Part shown: positions 44,920 to 54,127 of the stretch, piece after piece
Numbering within the stretch: position 1 is the first letter of the stretch
Layout: each line of letters starts with the position of its first letter
Source of the DNA: an uncultured Bacteroidales bacterium
GTDB lineage: Bacteria; Bacteroidota; Bacteroidia; Bacteroidales; UBA10428
Direction of reading: 5' to 3'
Length of the DNA stretch: 54,127 nucleotides
Assembly: GCA_964416375.1 (NCBI GenBank)
Contig: CAYQDZ010000002.1
Span: 1 to 54,127, forward strand
Program-made: the position numbers and the translations under genes
Notes under the pieces: generated by a model
What the model was told of the DNA's origin: nothing
The model's database searches: none
Seen by the model: only the letters and a program-made list of their open reading frames with translations

Positions 44920-47900
44920 TTAGTGATTAATTATCAATTTAGAGGCATCAATTAACTCATTCTGATTGAATAATACTATTGAATAAAAGCCACTGTTAAG
45001 ATAACTTACATTTAACTCGAAGGATTTGTCATCAATTTTATCAGTAATATCTTGATTATAAATTGTGCGACCCATTAAATCTACAATTCGTATGAAATAC
45101 TTTTCTGTTATATCAGTTAAATCGTCTAAATTTAGTATAGATACATTTAGAATTCCATTGGATGGATTTGGAAAAGTAACTATTTCATATGTATGCGGAT
45201 TTAACATATAGTCTAAGTTCGAGAAAGGAGACGCCAGATAGTTAATCTGAATTTCTTCTGCAGATAAGGCTCGGTTATAGAATGAGCATAAATACAAATC
45301 ACCTAACCAGGGTGAATTATTTTTAGAACCATTACCAAAATCAAGTGTGTAATTGTCCATCCAATTTTTATAATCTGCAGGTCGAAAGCCTAAGGACACT
45401 TCTTGACTATTCAAATAAATCCTCTCATCTCCGGTATTACTATGCGTAAAAACAACATGTTGCAGAACCTCAGCATCAGCTGCAATTTCCATGGGAAAAA
45501 GTGGATTGCCTTGCTCGTCTGTTGTAGCTGTTGTTAAATTTATAGCATATTTGATTTTATCCGGGTCAGTTTCATCTGAAAAACAACTAAGAGCAAAACC
45601 CTGTGCTGAATCATTCTGTAATGCGATTATTTTTAGAGGAATAAAATCCAGAGAAACTTTTGACTTTAACCAACACTCAACGCTAATTTCATTGGTAAGT
45701 TTGCATGCGTCGATAATCTTGAAGGCAATTTCTTGTGATTGAATAAATGTATTAGATTTTATTTCAAGCTTTTCGCTTTTCTTAAGATTTGTGCCATCAG
45801 CATTTTTTAATATTAAATCCAAAGGAGTTCCGAATCTTGATCTATCAACAATGATAGAATCAGATAACAGTGAAAAATTATACAGTACAATAAGGCCACT
45901 ATTAACTCTTAATGAATCGTTTAAAGATAAGCTTGTGATTCTTATCTTATTACTATTTTCTGATTCACCCTTTTCATTCACAGCGTTTACAACATAATAG
46001 TAAGTTTCACCAGGTATGATTTTATCATCTACATAGGATGAGCTGTTTTCTGAAATTGATCTAATTGCATCAAATTCTTCTGAAGGATAAGGAGCCCTTT
46101 TGATTACAAAGCCAGTTTCGTTGGTCGAATTATCCTGCCATGAAATTTTAATTTCAGCGTGACTGATCTCGGATGCATCAAGCAAGGTGGGAGGATCAGG
46201 CAGATCTATATCGAAAATAGTGAAGCTTAGTGTATCAGAAAACTCAGAATTACCATATTCATTATAAGCTCTTAACCTGTAATAATAGGTTTCTAAGGGG
46301 ATAAGGTTGAAACTGTCAATATAATGTGAAGTATTCTCACTCAATGAATCGATATCAAAAAAAAGAAGACTAGTGTCAGCTCGCTGTAATTGAAATCCAC
46401 TTTCAGAAAAAGAGTTATCATTCCAACTCAGGTTAATCTTTTTATAATGATCGTTTAATCCCGTAAACTCTGATGGCCCTTGGGGTGGCTCTCCTTGAAC
46501 AGGTATTATTGTCTGGATAGAATTTGTAAAGTCTGAATATCCAAGAATATTTTGTGCCCTTACACGATAATTATACGTGGCTCCATGTTGAACACTGTTA
46601 TCCGCAAATGATACTGAATTCATAGGAGCGTATGCTAGAACCACGTAGTTTAAACTTTCATCCGCCCGTTGTATTTCAAATACATTTTCATTACCAGAAT
46701 TGTCAGTCCATTGTATTTCTACTTTGATGTGATCGATATGTGATGCGATGAGATCTGTTGGTGCATTTGGAATAAGACCTTGAGAAGGAATATTTACCTG
46801 AATGGTATTTGAAAAATCAGAATTTCCATATATATTGAAGGCCCTGACACGGTAATGATATTCTGAACCAAGTACAACATCGTTATTAATGTATGACTCT
46901 TTATTTGCCTCAACATAAGCAAGATGTTGGAAGTTCATACTCTCATCTGCTCTTTGTATTTGGAACCAAACTTCATTATCTGAATTATCAATCCAGATAA
47001 GGGAAACAAAATTTTCATTAAATTCGAGGGTTTTCAGACTAGTTGGTTTTACAGGTGCAGAACCATTCACTACAATATATTCAAAAGCGCCAATATCTGG
47101 TTCATTGCCTTGAGGAACACTAGTGCCAACAATATCGTAATATTGATTCATATTAAGTGCCTTATCAATGGCAGCACTTGCAGTAGATCGTAAAGAAAAA
47201 TCTTTGTTAGTGTAATTCGTAAATAAATTAACAGAAGGGGATAATATATTTTTACTTCCAGAATGGTTTCCTATGATATCTTTTGTGATCGTGTTCCTTA
47301 TTATGATACCAGTGTTTGCACTACTTGGTGTAATATAAATGCGGCCATTTGGTAGAGTATTATTGAATATTGATAAATTGGATACGCCGTGTAAATAGAT
47401 ACCTTCTTCCGTATTATCATAGATAAGATTGTAATAAAGATTGATATTGGCAGCTAATCCATTAAAATCATCAATACGCAATCCATATTCTGAATTTGAG
47501 TAAAGTCTGTTTTGGCGCATCGTTATATTTGAAGCATTTTCGAGAACCCTGATTCCAATTTCATTCTTAAAGAAATAACTCTCTTCAATGATGAGATCTG
47601 AAGTACTCTCAAAAACAATTGCGCCGCAAATACCGTTGGAATAGGCAATGCAGGCAGTTAAAACAGAACCTTTGTTATAGTTGCCAAATCGATATCCCAT
47701 TCGTGTATTTGAACAGACACGGCAATTGGAGATATCCAGATAATCACCATCTAATGTTAGTCCATTTGTGCCATTATCATAAGCTAGAATATACTTCGCT
47801 GAACAGTGTGAAGATTCTAAAGCAAATTTAAGACCGGCAGAAACATTGTCGTAAGCACGTACATTGAAAGCAGAACAACCTGAGGCCTGAATTTTGATGC

Positions 47901-48807
47901 CATGTTCTTCACTGCCGGATGCAACAATATTTTCAAGATGAACGTTGGCGATGTAGGTAGGATTTTCAAGATGATGATATAAATATATGCAACCACTATG
48001 GAGACAATCATGTAAATCACAACTACTTATATTTACATGATTTGTTCCAGGATCAGTTTCTATTCCCAAGGAGTTTCTAACAATAAAAGATCGGATATCT
48101 ACGTATGAGGCTGCCTCTTCCCAAGTACCTACAGTAATAGATGGAACAGCAACGCTGTTGTTTTTCCCATCCCAGGTGGGCCGAATTCCTTTGCCATAAG
48201 CTGCGAGGTAAATATAATCAGCCGGAGAAGAGCCGGGATGAGTTATTCGGATTCCATTGCCATAATAAATAGTGCCTCTCTTCTGAAAGTAGGCATATCC
48301 ATCTTTCCATGTCCCTTCTACTTTTACCCAGCTATTGTATGGTCTTGATCGACTTCCATCCATTGTTCCTGAATAGCTTGGATCAATAAAAACACATTTT
48401 GAATTGGCAATAACTTTTATGTAGGCAGTGTCAACATCAGATATCAAACCATCGACAGTTCGGATAATAAGTTCACAATCCTCAGCTTGTAATGAACTAC
48501 CAATAACAGTTATTTCACCTGTGGTACGATTTATATTAAAGAGGGAAGAGCCTGAACCTCCAATTTTTTCAAATACTATCGCGCTTTGAGTTTCGTATGT
48601 AAAAATGCTGTAAAATTTTCCACATTGATCATTTGACTGAACTGATTGAGGTACAATAAAAGTTTGACTGAAACTAATATTTAGGTCATCATAGAAGGTC
48701 TGCCCTTGCAATACCTGCTTTCCAGATAACAGAATTAGGCATAACAATACAATTGAAGACAACCTTAAAACCAACAATTGCTGAAATTGATGTATATATT
48801 TCGTCAC
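44920..48807 (-). CDS. giant secreted right-handed beta-helix protein with four Fn3-like repeats, LamG-like domain and T9SS C-terminal domain
   Basis: 1295 aa, GTG start in the track. Signal-like N-terminus, parallel beta-helix repeat region (residues about 230-520), 4 x about 95-aa repeats, a LamG-like segment ending ALSAEEIQINY, and C-terminal FPNPSNGILNVSI. Confidence 0.8.
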   Translation of the reverse strand: MTKYIHQFQQLLVLRLSSIVLLCLILLSGKQVLQGQTFYDDLNISFSQTFIVPQSVQSNDQCGKFYSIFTYETQSAIVFEKIGGSGSSLFNINRTTGEITVIGSSLQAEDCELIIRTVDGLISDVDTAYIKVIANSKCVFIDPSYSGTMDGSRSRPYNSWVKVEGTWKDGYAYFQKRGTIYYGNGIRITHPGSSPADYIYLAAYGKGIRPTWDGKNNSVAVPSITVGTWEEAASYVDIRSFIVRNSLGIETDPGTNHVNISSCDLHDCLHSGCIYLYHHLENPTYIANVHLENIVASGSEEHGIKIQASGCSAFNVRAYDNVSAGLKFALESSHCSAKYILAYDNGTNGLTLDGDYLDISNCRVCSNTRMGYRFGNYNKGSVLTACIAYSNGICGAIVFESTSDLIIEESYFFKNEIGIRVLENASNITMRQNRLYSNSEYGLRIDDFNGLAANINLYYNLIYDNTEEGIYLHGVSNLSIFNNTLPNGRIYITPSSANTGIIIRNTITKDIIGNHSGSKNILSPSVNLFTNYTNKDFSLRSTASAAIDKALNMNQYYDIVGTSVPQGNEPDIGAFEYIVVNGSAPVKPTSLKTLEFNENFVSLIWIDNSDNEVWFQIQRADESMNFQHLAYVEANKESYINNDVVLGSEYHYRVRAFNIYGNSDFSNTIQVNIPSQGLIPNAPTDLIASHIDHIKVEIQWTDNSGNENVFEIQRADESLNYVVLAYAPMNSVSFADNSVQHGATYNYRVRAQNILGYSDFTNSIQTIIPVQGEPPQGPSEFTGLNDHYKKINLSWNDNSFSESGFQLQRADTSLLFFDIDSLSENTSHYIDSFNLIPLETYYYRLRAYNEYGNSEFSDTLSFTIFDIDLPDPPTLLDASEISHAEIKISWQDNSTNETGFVIKRAPYPSEEFDAIRSISENSSSYVDDKIIPGETYYYVVNAVNEKGESENSNKIRITSLSLNDSLRVNSGLIVLYNFSLLSDSIIVDRSRFGTPLDLILKNADGTNLKKSEKLEIKSNTFIQSQEIAFKIIDACKLTNEISVECWLKSKVSLDFIPLKIIALQNDSAQGFALSCFSDETDPDKIKYAINLTTATTDEQGNPLFPMEIAADAEVLQHVVFTHSNTGDERIYLNSQEVSLGFRPADYKNWMDNYTLDFGNGSKNNSPWLGDLYLCSFYNRALSAEEIQINYLASPFSNLDYMLNPHTYEIVTFPNPSNGILNVSILNLDDLTDITEKYFIRIVDLMGRTIYNQDITDKIDDKSFELNVSYLNSGFYSIVLFNQNELIDASKLIINH
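45934..47055 (-). repeat. four tandem about 285-nt (about 95-aa) Fn3-like coding repeats
   Basis: Recurring pattern P..P..L...........(I/L).W.DNS.NE..F.IQRA......(Y)......S......YYR(V/L)RA.N..G.S.FS at protein residues about 585, 680, 775 and 871. Confidence 0.65.
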
Positions 48808-48848
48808 CTTTAAATTTGATAGAGTTTATAGTGACGCAAAAGTATATA

Positions 48849-48885
48849 ATTATGAGGGATTATACACGTATAAATTCCTCATAAT
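48849..48885 (-). terminator. compound stem-loop between the two beta-helix genes (possible terminator/attenuator)
   Basis: ATTATGAGG (48849-48857) pairs with CCTCATAAT (48877-48885). An inner TTATAC/GTATAA stem adds to it. It lies about 60 nt after the upstream gene stop, and the downstream T-tract is weak. Confidence 0.35.
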
Positions 48886-48943
48886 GTCTTGTTAAGCTTA
48901 AGTTTATATTAATTTGAGATGTAATTTGTGTGAAAAGGTTGAA

Positions 48944-51900
48944 TTATTTTTTAATAATTTTAATACTATGTGAAGAATTTTTGCAGCTGACGTGCACAAA
49001 ATAAATACCATCTGGGTATGTGGTGAGATCAAAGTTCATCAATTGTTTTTCTCCAAAGCCGGCTTCTTGTAATACTTGTACGCCTGAAGAATTATAAACA
49101 GCAATATGACTGATTTCATCCATTATGCTTTGCATATTTAACTGGAATATTCCACTTGAAGGATTTGGAAAAACTGATATTTGAATAAGCTCATCTTCTT
49201 CTTTAGGCTTGTTTGAAGTGACTCCATGCAGGCATTCGATAGCTCCTATATCTGGTGCGTTTCCACATGGCACTGATTGTCCTAAAATGTCTTCCATGAT
49301 ATCAAGTTTTTTTCCTGCGTCAATTGCTGGCGATCCTGTTTTTAAGGAGAAATCTTTGTCGTAAATATCAACGAACTGGGGATCTGTTACATTCGAGTTC
49401 ATGTCTTGTGCCAGACTATTTTGATAGTCGTTCAAATTATTATATTCTGTTTTGTTTATGCTCAGAAAACCATCTTGTTCAGGATAAAAAATATTGTGGT
49501 TTGAAACAAGTTTGTCAAGTTCATGATTGATTGCCTGATCTCCAGAAGAGGGCATGTAAAAAATATTGTTGAAAACTTCCAGTTCTGCATAAGAGGTCGA
49601 AATACCCTGTCTGTTATCAAAAAACACATTATTATAGACTTTTGCACTGGCATTATAGCTTGGAAGGTTTATTGCAGTATACGCTCCCTTGAATATGTTG
49701 TAATAGATTTCAGCATACTCACAGTAAGAATATATCCCGTCAATAATTGTTTTAAAGGTATTGTATCTAGATGTAAAGGATTTTCCTTCAATCATTCTCA
49801 ATCCGTATTTACTTCCTTCAAGATAGCAATTCTCTATTATATTATTATCACATTCGTCTCCGAAAAAGTAAATGCCTGCAATTGCTTCAGAGGCATTAAT
49901 ATGCAGATTCCTTATCATCACATTTTTCTTATCATAAAATTTAAGAGCATAATCGGTTGCAAGACTACGGATTATCGGACTTTTTCCCTGATCATAACTA
50001 CCCATTGTGATGTTGTTGGCAGCAATGAGAATTTTCTCCTCAACAGCTTCTGTTCCGGATTTCTGCACATAGTTTGCACCTTCTATCCATTTTACTTCAG
50101 ACCATGATTTAAATGGCTTTTCTTTGCTTCCATCTAATCCTATCGTTTCTTCAGTGTCAGGATTTATATAAAATACCAGAAAATCAGGAACCACTTGGAT
50201 TCGTATGAGTGATTCTGAATAATGATCTTGTCCAGAATTGTCATAGACTCTTACAAGGAGATTAAATTCATTAGAATTAATCGGATCAATCCGGTCAGGA
50301 TTAGTACAGGTAATCTGACCGTCAGAGGAAGAGATTTTGAATAAATCACTATCAGCTGAGATGAGCGAAAATGTTATCTTGTCCTCATCTTCATCAATTG
50401 CTTCAATAGTTCCTACAAAACTACTATTTGCATCTGTATAAAGATATTTTACTTCCTCAGTGGTTATGTAAGGAGCAGAGTTGCTAGGGGAATTATTACT
50501 ACCATGTTCACCTTTAATATATTCACATGCGCCAATATCAGGTATAGGGCCTCTGGTTAAACCAAAATAATCTACTGTCACTCCAACATCTGGAGTTCCT
50601 TGATTAATTGCACTTGTTGCGTTTGAATCTAAGGAAAAATCACCATTGGCAGCATCTGTAAAAATTGCACTTGAAGAAGTAGGAAGATTATTGCTACCAG
50701 TATTTTTTCCCGATAAATCAGGATATATACAATTGCTGATTTCAGTAGGAACAATCAGATCAATTCCTTTACCGCCAATATCATATATGGTGACATTATA
50801 ATATTTATTTCCGGCGCCATCGTTCTGAATGCCATCTTCAACTGCATCATTGATAATAATATTTCTGAAAATATTGTTATTGCTTTTTGGTCTGGTTCTA
50901 ATACCCATCAATGCATTTTCAATGTAAATTCTTTCAAAAACACTATTGTCAACGCTGTCCTCAACGCTTAAAGAAGCATCAAAATTAGCTCTTGAATATT
51001 GAGTTAGATATGCCTCGCTAATAAGGAGGTTATCCAACTGGGGTTGCCATGTATCTGCATCACAACTAAGTCCTCTGTGATAACCTTTTATGAATGATTT
51101 TATAACCTTAGTATTTGGAGAATTAACCTCAATACCAATTCTTCTTCCCGAATCATCTGCTTTTCCGTAATCTAAATAATTTCCATACAATAGTTTACCT
51201 GTCCTCCAATTTGTGGATATTCCGGTCTGATGAGCCCCGGCAAGTCCATTCCGTGTAACAGTGCATCCTATTATTTCAGAACCTTCTCCACTGTCTTTAA
51301 ATCCATAACCCCACGATGAGTCTGAAGAACAGAAATAAAGTCCACAATCTTCAGTATAATGATAGTAATTTCCATAAATGTAAACAGGACTATTTTCATC
51401 TCCACCCTGAAAATCTAATCTATGCAATTTAATATGCCGGGTATCTTCGCCCTGTATCTTTATACAATAATTAGCATTGGTATAATTTGTTTCGAAATAG
51501 AGATCATAGAACTCAACATAGTATTGTCCACTATTTTCTTCAGATGTATCCCAAAATCCAACTGAGAAGATTGTTGACCCTTCGCTTACAGTATTTCCAT
51601 TAATTTCAGGTTTTGTTCCTTTACCATATGCTCCAAGTATCACCTTTGCATTTAAATTGGTATTTATATTTCTGAATGTTAGTTGTCCATCATTTGCATT
51701 ATACGATGTACCTCTCTTTTGGAAGTAGTAATATCCGGGTTGAAAGCCTTCTTTATCCTGAATATCCTTTTTCCAATGATTATATGGATTACTTTTTGTG
51801 CCTGATTCTGATCCTGTCCAGTTAGGATCAATAAACACGCATTTACTTTGAGGTGCAACAGCTATGTAGGCATGAAAATATTCAATTGTATCTCCTTTGG

Positions 51901-52189
51901 TAGCTTTTATCGTAAGATCATAATCAGTCCCGGCATCAATTACCGAACTATTTGCTACATATAGCATTGCCTCGCTATTCAGGCCTATAGCATTTCCTGT
52001 ATTTCCTGCTATAATTGAAAATGTGGCTGATTCACCGAAACCATTAAGGTAAGGCAGGTAATGAAATTTTCCGATGGAATCATTATTTTCTGCCTGTTCT
52101 GGAATAACGTAGTGTTGATCCCATGATAAATGCTGTGCGCTAATAAATAGCGGAATTGTTAGTAGTAATGTGATTAAGTTTCTCTTCAT
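48944..52189 (-). CDS. giant secreted protein with two (cadherin-like + right-handed beta-helix) modules and T9SS C-terminal domain
   Basis: About 1081-1090 aa. The N-terminal third is paralogous to the 44920-48807 product (KCVFIDPNWTGSESGTKSNPYNHW vs KCVFIDPSYSGTMDGSRSRPYNSW). C-terminal VFPNPSSGIFQLNM. I prefer ATG at 52189 (MKRNLITLLL); the track start is 52216. Confidence 0.8.
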   Translation of the reverse strand: MKRNLITLLLTIPLFISAQHLSWDQHYVIPEQAENNDSIGKFHYLPYLNGFGESATFSIIAGNTGNAIGLNSEAMLYVANSSVIDAGTDYDLTIKATKGDTIEYFHAYIAVAPQSKCVFIDPNWTGSESGTKSNPYNHWKKDIQDKEGFQPGYYYFQKRGTSYNANDGQLTFRNINTNLNAKVILGAYGKGTKPEINGNTVSEGSTIFSVGFWDTSEENSGQYYVEFYDLYFETNYTNANYCIKIQGEDTRHIKLHRLDFQGGDENSPVYIYGNYYHYTEDCGLYFCSSDSSWGYGFKDSGEGSEIIGCTVTRNGLAGAHQTGISTNWRTGKLLYGNYLDYGKADDSGRRIGIEVNSPNTKVIKSFIKGYHRGLSCDADTWQPQLDNLLISEAYLTQYSRANFDASLSVEDSVDNSVFERIYIENALMGIRTRPKSNNNIFRNIIINDAVEDGIQNDGAGNKYYNVTIYDIGGKGIDLIVPTEISNCIYPDLSGKNTGSNNLPTSSSAIFTDAANGDFSLDSNATSAINQGTPDVGVTVDYFGLTRGPIPDIGACEYIKGEHGSNNSPSNSAPYITTEEVKYLYTDANSSFVGTIEAIDEDEDKITFSLISADSDLFKISSSDGQITCTNPDRIDPINSNEFNLLVRVYDNSGQDHYSESLIRIQVVPDFLVFYINPDTEETIGLDGSKEKPFKSWSEVKWIEGANYVQKSGTEAVEEKILIAANNITMGSYDQGKSPIIRSLATDYALKFYDKKNVMIRNLHINASEAIAGIYFFGDECDNNIIENCYLEGSKYGLRMIEGKSFTSRYNTFKTIIDGIYSYCEYAEIYYNIFKGAYTAINLPSYNASAKVYNNVFFDNRQGISTSYAELEVFNNIFYMPSSGDQAINHELDKLVSNHNIFYPEQDGFLSINKTEYNNLNDYQNSLAQDMNSNVTDPQFVDIYDKDFSLKTGSPAIDAGKKLDIMEDILGQSVPCGNAPDIGAIECLHGVTSNKPKEEDELIQISVFPNPSSGIFQLNMQSIMDEISHIAVYNSSGVQVLQEAGFGEKQLMNFDLTTYPDGIYFVHVSCKNSSHSIKIIKK

Positions 52190-52785
52190 TTCTCCACGGT
52201 TTAAATTACTCTTCATTTTTTTTAGAATTTAAACAAGTCTGCCCATTTTTATATCAGAACATGACCCTACATTAATATTACCCAAGTTTTCATTCTCTTT
52301 TTGCCCTGCCTGATAAACCTTTATATTAGTTTTTTATAAGTATTTATCAGCAAATTTATGTAGGATGTAAGGAGTTTTTATTCTCGAAGTGCAAATACTA
52401 TTTATACTAAAGGCGATCATAGAGAATTTTGATGAATATACGTTTTTCTTTGACGAAAGTTACAAATGATAAGGTAAGCTTTCGTTTCTGTTGCGAACAT
52501 AAGTGTTAAGGTTTTTACTAAAAACTTACTTTAACCTTGATTAGTGCCTTTGTCGATAAATATTTATTTGAGTTGTTGGTTTTATATCTTAGAAATCATT
52601 TTTATCCCACATTAAGAATGGGAAATATTTTAGCAACTTTTTAAGTTATAGATCTAATATTTTGGTTTATTATTTTTTAAAGCCATTTCTTTGCATGCTG
52701 TTTAACAACAATCCGAAAATTATAGAATGAAGACTATAAATAATATTTTTTTTAAAATCAGGTTTAGCCAATTATTAATATATTG

Positions 52786-52793
52786 TAGTTTTG
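52786..52793 (+). promoter_or_regulatory. candidate -7 promoter box TAGTTTTG upstream of the glycosyltransferase gene
   Basis: Matches the TAnnTTTG consensus of Bacteroidota sigma-A promoters, 22 nt upstream of ATG at 52816. Confidence 0.25.
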
Positions 52794-52815
52794 TATTAAT
52801 ATTTAAATTTTGAAA

Positions 52816-53865
52816 ATGAAGAAGGTTTTACTGATTTCCAATTTTGTATATCATTACAGAGCAAAAATTTATAACTATTTATATGAGGAATTTAAAAAAT
52901 CAGGATATGAATTTATAGTTCTAACTAATGATGCTCAGAATGGAGATTTTCAGATCAATTTTTCATTAATTAAGAAGAAACCATTCCTATTTAACTATCG
53001 TAGTTCAATCAATGAGATCAAACCTGATGTAATCATTACATTTTTACATCTAAAGGATCTTAGAATTTTTCCGATAACATATTATGCAAGGATTAAATCG
53101 ATACCAATAATTTACTGGAATCATGGAATTAATCTAAAAACTCCTGATGCTAAGGTTAAAAATATTCTTTTTCATCACCTGCATAGTATGTCAAATGCTA
53201 TCCTGCTTTACTCCTCTGGTGAAATGAAATACATCAAGAAAAAGAATCATTTTAAAACTTTCATCGCGAATAACACTTTGAATTTTGAAGGAATAGAACG
53301 TAACAGTAGTCTTGAAGATAAGAAGTATATTCGAAGCAAATATGGTATAAAGGAAGAGGAATATGTTCTTTTTGTTGGGCGAATAACACCAAATAAAAAA
53401 CTGGATGTTTTATTGAATATATTGCGTAATAAAGAAATTGCCGTGGTTATTGTTGGACCTGGCTTATCTAGTGAGCAGGCAAGCCTAGTTGATAGTGTGC
53501 CAAATTATTATTACTTGGGAGAAGCTTATGGTGATGAGGTTAATAAATTATTTAATGGGAGTAAGGTTTTTTGCATGCCTGGAAATATTGGATTGGCCTT
53601 AAACCAGGCATTTTTTTGGGGAAAACCTATAATAACACTTGAAGGATTGAATTCACCTGAAATTATTTATGTGAAAAATGGAGAAAACGGATATATCCTT
53701 AAAAGTGAGAAAGAGATGGAAGAAAAAATCCTTTTGTTAAATAGCGATGAAGAACTTTACATGAAACTGAGTAAAAATGCAAGTGAGATAATGAAAGAAA
53801 CTGCGCATATAAAAACCATGTTTAAAGGATTTTTAGCAGCGGTTGAATATGTGAGTAAGCCTTAA
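52816..53865 (+). CDS. GT-B glycosyltransferase (Glycos_transf_1 / GT4-like)
   Basis: LFVGRITPNKKLDVLL and a later E...G(L/I)A..QA...GKPIIT block typical of GT1-fold enzymes. ATG at 52816 is preferred over TTG at 52810. Confidence 0.85.
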   Translation: MKKVLLISNFVYHYRAKIYNYLYEEFKKSGYEFIVLTNDAQNGDFQINFSLIKKKPFLFNYRSSINEIKPDVIITFLHLKDLRIFPITYYARIKSIPIIYWNHGINLKTPDAKVKNILFHHLHSMSNAILLYSSGEMKYIKKKNHFKTFIANNTLNFEGIERNSSLEDKKYIRSKYGIKEEEYVLFVGRITPNKKLDVLLNILRNKEIAVVIVGPGLSSEQASLVDSVPNYYYLGEAYGDEVNKLFNGSKVFCMPGNIGLALNQAFFWGKPIITLEGLNSPEIIYVKNGENGYILKSEKEMEEKILLLNSDEELYMKLSKNASEIMKETAHIKTMFKGFLAAVEYVSKP

Positions 53866-53884
53866 ATTCAAACTAGAACTTCAA

Positions 53885-54127
53885 TCAAATTATATTCAAT
53901 ACTTTAAAAAGGGTTTGTTGTATTGAGTCAATAATATCCTTTGAAATATAATTTATAAAATCACTTCTAATAGGATAATTGTACTCGTTGTGAAGCCATC
54001 CCCTATTTGAAAACCCTAAAAACCCAAGATTCACTAAGATACTTGTCCATAGAAGGATTTTTATTTTGTAAGTATTCTCCCGAGTTTGACAGTTAATTTG
54101 CTCTGAAGCTCTGTAAGGCTCATGAAC
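53885..54127 (-). CDS. 3' end of a gene entering from the right edge (possible membrane protein), partial
   Basis: Hand translation of the minus strand gives an open 80-codon frame running off the window, ending ...ILLWTSILVNLGFLGFSNRGWLHNEYNYPIRSDFINYISKDIIDSIQQTLFKVLNII with stop at 53885-53887. It is not in the track because no start codon lies in the window. Confidence 0.3.
   Translation of the reverse strand, partial: VHEPYRASEQINCQTRENTYKIKILLWTSILVNLGFLGFSNRGWLHNEYNYPIRSDFINYISKDIIDSIQQTLFKVLNII

Noticed and set aside
49523-50107. 194-aa plus-strand ORF antisense to the second beta-helix gene.
   Set aside because: Shadow ORF with implausible composition. The minus-strand frame is continuous over 3.2 kb, with a signal peptide and a T9SS C-terminal domain.
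52217-52809. 593-bp divergent region of the EPS locus, examined for Bacteroides-style invertible promoter inverted repeats.
   Set aside because: Only short stems were found (7-bp ACGAAAG/CTTTCGT, and a 15-nt palindrome GTTTTTACTAAAAAC at about 52510-52524). There are no long flanking inverted repeats and no nearby recombinase gene.
1-54127. Search by eye for CRISPR arrays, tRNA/rRNA genes, transposases, integrases, reverse transcriptases, restriction or other defence modules.
   Set aside because: I saw no regularly spaced direct repeats, no tRNA T-arm/acceptor signatures, and no nuclease/helicase/RT-like ORFs. Absence by eye is not proof; tRNAscan-SE, CRISPRCasFinder, DefenseFinder and PADLOC would settle it.

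Overview
This is a low-GC, Bacteroidota-like chromosomal segment. Supporting signs are three proteins with T9SS-type C-terminal sorting domains, TAnnTTTG-type promoter boxes, no obvious Shine-Dalgarno sites, and a CarboxypepD_reg-type TonB receptor followed by a DUF4249-like lipoprotein.

Layout:
1. 0.3-4.6 kb: a TonB-dependent receptor locus.
2. 4.8-6.1 kb: small genes, including an RRM RNA-binding protein and a YkgJ-type Cys-cluster protein.
3. 6.1-28.9 kb: one 22.8-kb run of 22 minus-strand genes forming a flexirubin / aryl-polyene-type type II PKS-like pigment-lipid cluster. It encodes an MIO ammonia-lyase, KR, three KS, two Cys-less KS-like proteins, ACP, two hotdog dehydratases, a thioesterase, a methyltransferase, acyltransferases, GT2, a LolA-like protein, an MMPL exporter, a deacetylase, an FAD oxidoreductase, a C45 acyltransferase and an adenylating ligase.
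4. 29-35.7 kb: mixed housekeeping and orphan genes (mnmA, a serine hydrolase, a ThiF-like E1, an epimerase).
5. 35.8-39.3 kb: a large CotH / lamin-tail / T9SS protein.
6. 40-54 kb: an exopolysaccharide locus (Wzc-like kinase, Wza-like exporter, priming sugar transferase, GT1) with two giant paralogous beta-helix T9SS proteins embedded in it.

I recognised no rRNA, tRNA, CRISPR array, transposase, integrase or canonical defence genes. I did not find a convincing wholly new system.

The most checkable unusual items are:
- a transporter-acyltransferase-methyltransferase triple fusion in the pigment cluster;
- the apparent absence of dialkylresorcinol genes;
- a 14-16 bp inverted-repeat element, present once intact and once split by a 176-bp insert with a 6-bp flanking duplication;
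- the beta-helix protein pair inside the EPS locus.

All family calls come from motif reading and memory, not from database searches.
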